This document shows, one piece after another, positions 58,021 through 64,000 of a DNA stretch of 64,000 bases. Below the pieces are notes generated by a model. It searched no databases. It was given only the letters and a program-made list of their open reading frames with translations, and was not told the DNA's origin. Within the stretch, counting starts at the first letter, position 1; each line of letters opens with the position of its first letter. The position numbers and the translations under genes were made by a program. The DNA lies in IMG/VR virus record IMGVR_UViG_3300011006_000010, positions 1 to 64,000 of that record; one strand, 5' to 3'. Origin of the DNA: a virus. Lineage: Duplodnaviria > Caudoviricetes.

Positions 58021-58893
58021 ATGGCTTCTAAAAAATACTTAGACTATAATGGGTTGTCTCATCTGTGGGAGAAGATTGAAGATGCAGTAGATGATCGCAT
58101 CCCTATGTGGAATGGCAATATGCTTGTAAATAACGATGGCGATACAAATGGCTTTTTTGTCGAATATGAAGAACGTAATTTGATTTGGGCTTGGTGTGAT
58201 AATGGTTCACTAAAGACGCAAATTCATTATCTGGCTACACCAACCGCAGATACCGATGCCGCAAATAAAGCTTACGTTGATAGCGCAGTATCTGGTATTA
58301 CCATTCCTACTAAAACATCCGATTTAACAAACGACAGTGGGTTTATAACCACCAACGATGTTCCAGATGAGGTTATGATAGTCAGTTTAACTTATGACGA
58401 TAGCTATTATGCGAATAAAACTTTTTCTCAAATCTATTCTCATCTTCAAGCAGGTGGTACGGCGATTCTGTCTTACTCTGAGGATGGAATGACTTCGTAT
58501 TATCCTATTATTTGGTATGACAATACTGAACTATATTTTGCTGATACTTCGTACGATTCCAATGGGATGTCTTATTCTTTATCTAACACTGCCTACTCCA
58601 TTTCATCCAGTAATGTAATCACTGGCACAGGGGCGTCGTGGACACCACCTACAATCACACTGAATGGTGCGAGTTCAGGCGATTCATTAAATTTTTATGC
58701 TCCAACAACCGCAGGCACTTCAGGACAATTCTTGAAGTCAAACGGAAGTGGCGCTCCGACTTGGCAAACTCTAAACATCCCTACCGTTCCTACCTATACC
58801 CTTTCAATCTCAAATGGCGCAATCACATTGACAGGATCAGATGGCTCTACAACCAGTGCATCTCTTCCTGTCTATACAGGGAGTGTAACATAA
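58021..58893 (+). CDS. Fibre protein
   Basis: KYLDYNGL N-terminus; PTADTDAANKAYVD, SDLTNDSGFIT and GQFLKSNGSGAPTW motifs. Confidence 0.7.
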   Translation: MASKKYLDYNGLSHLWEKIEDAVDDRIPMWNGNMLVNNDGDTNGFFVEYEERNLIWAWCDNGSLKTQIHYLATPTADTDAANKAYVDSAVSGITIPTKTSDLTNDSGFITTNDVPDEVMIVSLTYDDSYYANKTFSQIYSHLQAGGTAILSYSEDGMTSYYPIIWYDNTELYFADTSYDSNGMSYSLSNTAYSISSSNVITGTGASWTPPTITLNGASSGDSLNFYAPTTAGTSGQFLKSNGSGAPTWQTLNIPTVPTYTLSISNGAITLTGSDGSTTSASLPVYTGSVT

Positions 58894-60303
58894 ATGGCAA
58901 CAACAGTAACATATAACGGCAATACGATCACCACGGTAGAAAATAATACCAAGACGTTGAATACTGCAGGGACGTATATGCCGTATGATGTGGTGGTCAA
59001 TGATGTTAGTGGTACTAAAGATGGCGAGACCTATCAGGATGAAACTAATTTTGTCGTTTTAGATGATGACAATGGAAATTATCCCGATCTTGAATTGTTA
59101 AACGTTGCCACGAATGGAACATATACCGCAGAATCGGGCAAGGCATACAACTCTGTAACTGTAAACGTAGACAAGGCTCTGGCGTTTCTTCAAGGAACTC
59201 TTACAGAAGCTACAACAAAAGATATGAGTGGTATAACAAATATTGGATACGCTTCGTTTTACAACGAAAGAAATCTAGCAAGCATCGATTTATCTGAAGT
59301 TACAGCAATTGGTACAGATGCTTTTTATAACTGCAACGGGGCAGCAATTGATTTGGTTATTCCAGAGAGTACTGTGTATTTGGGTTCAGCTGCGTTTAGA
59401 TATTTCAAAGCATTAAAGTCTGTAGAAATGTACGGCGAGAAGATATTTGCTAATATATATGGAACTGATGTGTCTTCTAGTGATGGAAGTAATATGTTCA
59501 GAGGATGTACTAGCTTGGAGAGTGTCGCTGTTTATGATCATAGAAATTTTAATGGGAATGGCTACATCTGTGGCGGATGTACCTCTCTTACAGATTTTTA
59601 TGCTCCCAGGATGACAAATCTTCAACCTGCGTTTTTCATTGATGATACGGCGTTAAAAAGAGTCGCTTTCCCAGCAGTATATGCATGTTATGCATCTGTT
59701 TTTTCGGGATGCACATCTTTAGAGAAAGTCGATTTTGGGGTACGCACACAGTTTTTTAGATATAACCTTTTCTTAAACTGCACTGCGTTAAACACCATCG
59801 TTCTTAGGGGAACAACCTTAACGTCGCTCACCCCACTAACGGTATTTACAAATAGCAGTTTTTCCGAAGGCGGTGCTGGCGGTACAATTTACATCCCCGA
59901 AGTTTTATACAACGAACTTGGGACTGGCTCATCTTTAGATTATAAATCTGCAACGAACTGGAGCACGATCGATGGTTACGGAACTATAACATGGGCAAAG
60001 ATAGAAGGATCTGAATATGAGCATTATTATGTGGATGGACGAGGCGTTCTTCAAACAGTAACACTCAATCTGACAAACTGTAGTGTTTCAAATACATTAG
60101 CTCATTATGGGTCTTCAATGGAAACTTATCTCACTCCTGATGATGGATATGTCATAGACGCTGATTCCATTGAAATAACAATGGGCGGAACTGACATCAC
60201 AGACCTTTGTCATATCATTGAAACTGACGGTGTATATAGTGCGTCAATCGAATCGATTACTGATGCGATTACGATTACGGCAACGGCAGAGGTGATAACG
60301 TGA
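58894..60303 (+). CDS. BspA-type leucine-rich repeat (LRR_5) protein 1
   Basis: Repeats IG..AFYNC, FRGCTSLESV, FSGCTSLEKV. Confidence 0.85.
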   Translation: MATTVTYNGNTITTVENNTKTLNTAGTYMPYDVVVNDVSGTKDGETYQDETNFVVLDDDNGNYPDLELLNVATNGTYTAESGKAYNSVTVNVDKALAFLQGTLTEATTKDMSGITNIGYASFYNERNLASIDLSEVTAIGTDAFYNCNGAAIDLVIPESTVYLGSAAFRYFKALKSVEMYGEKIFANIYGTDVSSSDGSNMFRGCTSLESVAVYDHRNFNGNGYICGGCTSLTDFYAPRMTNLQPAFFIDDTALKRVAFPAVYACYASVFSGCTSLEKVDFGVRTQFFRYNLFLNCTALNTIVLRGTTLTSLTPLTVFTNSSFSEGGAGGTIYIPEVLYNELGTGSSLDYKSATNWSTIDGYGTITWAKIEGSEYEHYYVDGRGVLQTVTLNLTNCSVSNTLAHYGSSMETYLTPDDGYVIDADSIEITMGGTDITDLCHIIETDGVYSASIESITDAITITATAEVIT

Positions 60304-61838
60304 GTAGTATAATATCTTATAAAAATGAGACTCTTGTTGCACTTAGTAACGGAACGAAAACTTTGAATACCGCATCAAAATACATGGAAGATAATATTGT
60401 AGTCTCAAACGTGATTGCTAATGACGAATCGATCTATCAAGATGCCGATGGATATATTGTGTTGGCTAGCGGACAGGGGTCACATGTTCATACAGAAGTA
60501 CTCGTTCCAGAAGAAAATGGTACATATGAAGCTGAAATTGGCACTGCCTACGATGTGGTCAATGTCGATGTTGACGGCTTTAATGATTTTATAAAGTCGG
60601 TAATACAGAGAACAGTCACGTCGATTACACCAGAAGATATTCAGAGCACAACTTCGCTGAGAGCACATATATTCAGAGCATGTCACTATCTTGAGTCGGC
60701 GGATATAAGCTGTGTAACCACGTTCTTGTCCAACGGATATCAGTTGAGTGGATGTTCGAGTCTAAAATGGGTTAAAGCAGACCTGCTAAACACATTGTCT
60801 GGCGGTTATTTTTTTCAAAACGGAACAAGTCTGACAGATATATACATACCGAAAGCTAGTGCGGGAATATACACTCTGCGTGGTTGTACATCTCTAGTCA
60901 GAATATTTCTACCATTTCTTGGAAGCACAAAGACGGTTGGAGATCATGCTTTTAATGGATGCACATCATTGTCTCACGTCGATTTGGGTGCATGTACATC
61001 AATTGCTGCTAATGCATTTTATAATTGTTCAACCTTGAACACCTTGATTTTGAGACGAACAGGAGCCGTGACTTCGTTATCTAACATTAGTGCTTTCACA
61101 GGCACACCATTTGCGAGCGGTGGCACTGGAGGGACTATATATGTTCCCTCTACATTGATAGATACATATAAAGCTGCGACCAACTGGACTACCGTAGATG
61201 GCTACGGCACGATAACGTGGGAAGCAATCGAAGGAAGCATATATGAAAATTTATATGAGATCAAAAGAACGTTAACAAACTGTTCTTCGAGCTGCATGAC
61301 GTTTTACGCCTACGACGGAGAAAGCTACATCACAAATATTGTTGCAGATGACGGATGTTCTTTTAGTACCATTGAAACAATTATGGACGAAGAAGACATT
61401 AGTGACACATGTTACTTAAATGGGACAATTACAATCAATTCTATTACTGGAAATATTAATATTACAGCAACGGCTCAAGCAAGCGATAATTTAATTAATG
61501 TATCTACATTGACTCTTTCAGGTAAGACAGAAGTAGGTGGCTACGTCATATCGAGCACCTATCCGTTCACTGATTTTATGGAGATCACTCCTTCTACTAC
61601 CTATTACGTAAACATTAACAGAAATTTAAAGGATGACACAAAAGAATGGAATCAGGTTCTCTTTTATTATGATTCAGAGAAAAATTATTTGAGCAGAACA
61701 AATCTCCAGGACAATTATTCTTATGGGATAATGACAACAAGAGAATCTCCAGAGGGCGCATATTATGCTAGAATCAGATATCATTCCAGCGGAAATGAAC
61801 ATCCGTACTATGGGTTATCTGGCGAGCTATGGAAATAA
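60300..61838 (+). CDS. BspA-type LRR protein 2
   Basis: VGDHAFNGCTSLSHV and IAANAFYNCSTL repeats. Confidence 0.85.
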   Translation: MSSIISYKNETLVALSNGTKTLNTASKYMEDNIVVSNVIANDESIYQDADGYIVLASGQGSHVHTEVLVPEENGTYEAEIGTAYDVVNVDVDGFNDFIKSVIQRTVTSITPEDIQSTTSLRAHIFRACHYLESADISCVTTFLSNGYQLSGCSSLKWVKADLLNTLSGGYFFQNGTSLTDIYIPKASAGIYTLRGCTSLVRIFLPFLGSTKTVGDHAFNGCTSLSHVDLGACTSIAANAFYNCSTLNTLILRRTGAVTSLSNISAFTGTPFASGGTGGTIYVPSTLIDTYKAATNWTTVDGYGTITWEAIEGSIYENLYEIKRTLTNCSSSCMTFYAYDGESYITNIVADDGCSFSTIETIMDEEDISDTCYLNGTITINSITGNINITATAQASDNLINVSTLTLSGKTEVGGYVISSTYPFTDFMEITPSTTYYVNINRNLKDDTKEWNQVLFYYDSEKNYLSRTNLQDNYSYGIMTTRESPEGAYYARIRYHSSGNEHPYYGLSGELWK

Positions 61839-61858
61839 AGATGAGGTGATAAGGTTAT

Positions 61859-63232
61859 ATGAGTGACACACTTAGAATTTTTGGGAAAACTTATAATAAT
61901 GCCACTGGCATTAAAGCTCAGGATGCAAATGGTAATACTCTAGTTTTTACCAGAGGCAATTCTGTTGTCGTTAGCGATAGTTCAAATGCAACTGGCACTA
62001 CGGCAAATGTAACTACGAACAACGCCGTGGTATTGGGACAAAAAACAGTCACAGAAAGTGGCACGTATGATCCAAGCGATGAGGATTTAGATGGCTACTC
62101 TGAAGTTGTAGTAGACGTTAATTATAATTCCAGCAGAACTATTCTTTTGAACAATACATTAATCTATAATGCTTCAGGACAAACATTGAATGAAGTGGCA
62201 AACAGCTCCGCCAATTCCTCAATAGAAACAATAGTTGTTACGGGGACTCTTGGCACTAATGCGGATATGAATTCTGGTCAGGCTATTGATGCTTGGGAAA
62301 GTTCTTTCCCAAATTTAAAACGTCTAATAATCAAGCCGACGGCTATGACTAACGGGAATAATTATTTTAAATTTGGTCATTATGCATTCAACGGTCTTCC
62401 AAATCTGGAGTACCTTGAATTAGGAAGTAAGAATGGGATATATTTTGATTGGGCAGGCTACTATCAACACACTTCCACTCTTTATGTTGGTTCTGATGTT
62501 GGTTTGGAGATAGTCGTATATAGACCTTCGTATGCCAGCCAGGGTGGTTTTTCTTACGGAAAAGTAGCGCCATCAACAAAGCTGATTCAAATAAATTATC
62601 AGACTGGTGAAGTCATGAGAGGTGGAGATGTTCTTTGGACATCAAGCGGGTTAGCAAACGGCACCGAACCGAGTGGCGATGTCACTATAAGCGCAATAGA
62701 TACTGTTGCGTATGGATTAGCTTTTAGACCGGCAATAACATCAGTCACGTATAATGGCACAGATGAGTGGTTTGGCAACTATTTGTTTTCGGGTTGCACA
62801 TCAATGACACGATTCTACGCGCCAAACATGACGTCTATGAGGACGAGCATATATGGAATAACTCAGTATCCATTTCAAAATTGCAGCGCTTTAACGGATT
62901 TTGATGCACCAAATTTCGCAGATGTCTTGCCTAACTATTGTTTTAAGGGTTGCTCATCTTTAGTAACTATCGATTTGGCATATTGTACTAAAATACAAAC
63001 ATCTTTTAACGAATGTACCGCATTACGAAACATCATATTGCGAAGCTCAAGTGTATGCACGCTTGCAGATTATGGCGTAGCTGCGTTAAGTGGCATTTAT
63101 AACAATCCGACTGAATCAACGATTTATGTACCTAGCGAGTTAATATCATCATATCAGACGGCGACTAATTGGGCTTTGGCATATGAGGCGGGTGTGACTT
63201 TTACAGCCATCGAAGGAAGTGACTACGAATGA
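61859..63232 (+). CDS. BspA-type LRR protein 3
   Basis: FSGCTSM, FQNCSAL, FKGCSSL and FNECTAL repeats. Confidence 0.85.
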   Translation: MSDTLRIFGKTYNNATGIKAQDANGNTLVFTRGNSVVVSDSSNATGTTANVTTNNAVVLGQKTVTESGTYDPSDEDLDGYSEVVVDVNYNSSRTILLNNTLIYNASGQTLNEVANSSANSSIETIVVTGTLGTNADMNSGQAIDAWESSFPNLKRLIIKPTAMTNGNNYFKFGHYAFNGLPNLEYLELGSKNGIYFDWAGYYQHTSTLYVGSDVGLEIVVYRPSYASQGGFSYGKVAPSTKLIQINYQTGEVMRGGDVLWTSSGLANGTEPSGDVTISAIDTVAYGLAFRPAITSVTYNGTDEWFGNYLFSGCTSMTRFYAPNMTSMRTSIYGITQYPFQNCSALTDFDAPNFADVLPNYCFKGCSSLVTIDLAYCTKIQTSFNECTALRNIILRSSSVCTLADYGVAALSGIYNNPTESTIYVPSELISSYQTATNWALAYEAGVTFTAIEGSDYE

Positions 63233-63777
63233 TAAAGACAGAAACAATAACAATAAACAACAAAACCTTTTATCATACATATTCTAATTTAGGCTATCTT
63301 GTTCAAAGCGCTGATGGTAATTTATATAGCGATGCATACGATATTGTAAGAAAAACATATATAGAAACAGATGAAATCGATCCTGATCAGAAAGAATTAT
63401 TATACAGCGAAGCTGTAAACGCTCTTGTTTCTAATTTAGATGACGAACAGGCGTTAAATTCGCCTATTCTTTTTAACGAATGGGACATGACAAAAACATA
63501 TAATGCAGGAGATAGAGTGTTGTATAACAGCACTCTATTTAAAGTTCTTCAGACTCATGAAGCGCAGGAAACTTGGACTCCATCTAACTCCCCTTCTTTA
63601 TTTGCAGAAATTCTTGCGGGACAAGGTGGCACAGAAATTGGAGAGTGGTCGCAGCCTGATAGTACAAATCCGTACATGACTGGAGACAAAGTTCTTTATA
63701 ATGGAAAGACTTATGTCTCGACGATTGACAATAATGTTTGGGCACCTACCGTATACGGATGGGATGAGGTGGTATAA
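63229..63777 (+). CDS. Carbohydrate-binding (CBM5/12-like) domain protein
   Basis: Two W....Y..GD.V.YN...(F/Y) modules. Confidence 0.75.
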   Translation: MIKTETITINNKTFYHTYSNLGYLVQSADGNLYSDAYDIVRKTYIETDEIDPDQKELLYSEAVNALVSNLDDEQALNSPILFNEWDMTKTYNAGDRVLYNSTLFKVLQTHEAQETWTPSNSPSLFAEILAGQGGTEIGEWSQPDSTNPYMTGDKVLYNGKTYVSTIDNNVWAPTVYGWDEVV

Positions 63778-63779
63778 AA

Positions 63780-64000
63780 ATGCCTGAAACTGTTTATAAC
63801 AAAGTAGTCATTGATGGCGCCACACTCATAGACCTTTCGGAAGATACGGTTACTAGCGCAGCACATATTGTCAGCGGTAGAGTAGGACACCTTGCAGACG
63901 GATCGCAAGTTACGGGCACGTACTCAGGCGACGGTTCATCAACGCCGTCATTGCAGACAAAGTCGGTCTCCTATACTCCAACAGAAACGGCTCAGTCGGC
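63780..64000 (+). CDS. Fibre-associated protein, 5' part only (MPETVYNKVVIDGATLIDLSEDTVT...)
   Basis: ATG 63780 after SD GAGGTGG, open to the window end; NKV....LIDL..DTV motif. Confidence 0.65.
   Translation, partial: MPETVYNKVVIDGATLIDLSEDTVTSAAHIVSGRVGHLADGSQVTGTYSGDGSSTPSLQTKSVSYTPTETAQS

Noticed and set aside
58894-63232. Diversity-generating retroelement target
   Set aside because: No RT gene and no TR/VR pair differing at adenines was seen in the window.
1244-63777. Genome-wide stop-codon recoding (TAG or TGA)
   Set aside because: Coding density is high under the standard code, conserved genes are uninterrupted, TAG and TGA end genes normally, and there is no suppressor tRNA in the window.

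Overview
This window is a 64-kb, entirely plus-strand segment of a large AT-rich tailed phage or prophage, with siphovirus-type morphogenesis (no sheath gene seen) and probably a Bacillota host. Gene order follows the SPbeta/c-st-like late region. A 1.2-kb motif-rich non-coding stretch is followed by a winged-helix protein, a YonO-like single-subunit RNA polymerase and HU. Next come an unexpected IscS/NifS-type cysteine desulfurase and a ~500-nt cluster of structured RNAs around an atypical tRNA(CAT). The morphogenesis block covers a metallophosphoesterase, terminases, portal, protease/scaffold, capsid, head-tail and tail genes, a DUF1064 nuclease plus tyrosine recombinase, a 4505-aa tape measure and a 2957-aa tail-tip/fibre protein. 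The window ends in a long array of adhesin genes (LamG, H-lectin-like, three BspA LRR proteins, CBM5/12-like). The most notable features are: (i) the 150-bp spacer after the RNAP gene re-uses four motifs from the left non-coding region, including a perfect 14-bp inverted repeat bracketing the wHTH+RNAP unit; (ii) the desulfurase-ncRNA-tRNA island; (iii) recurring N-/C-terminal motifs suggesting daisy-chain assembly of fibre proteins; (iv) a terminator/anti-SD switch before a fibre gene. All calls rest on motifs and synteny read by eye; no database searches were run.
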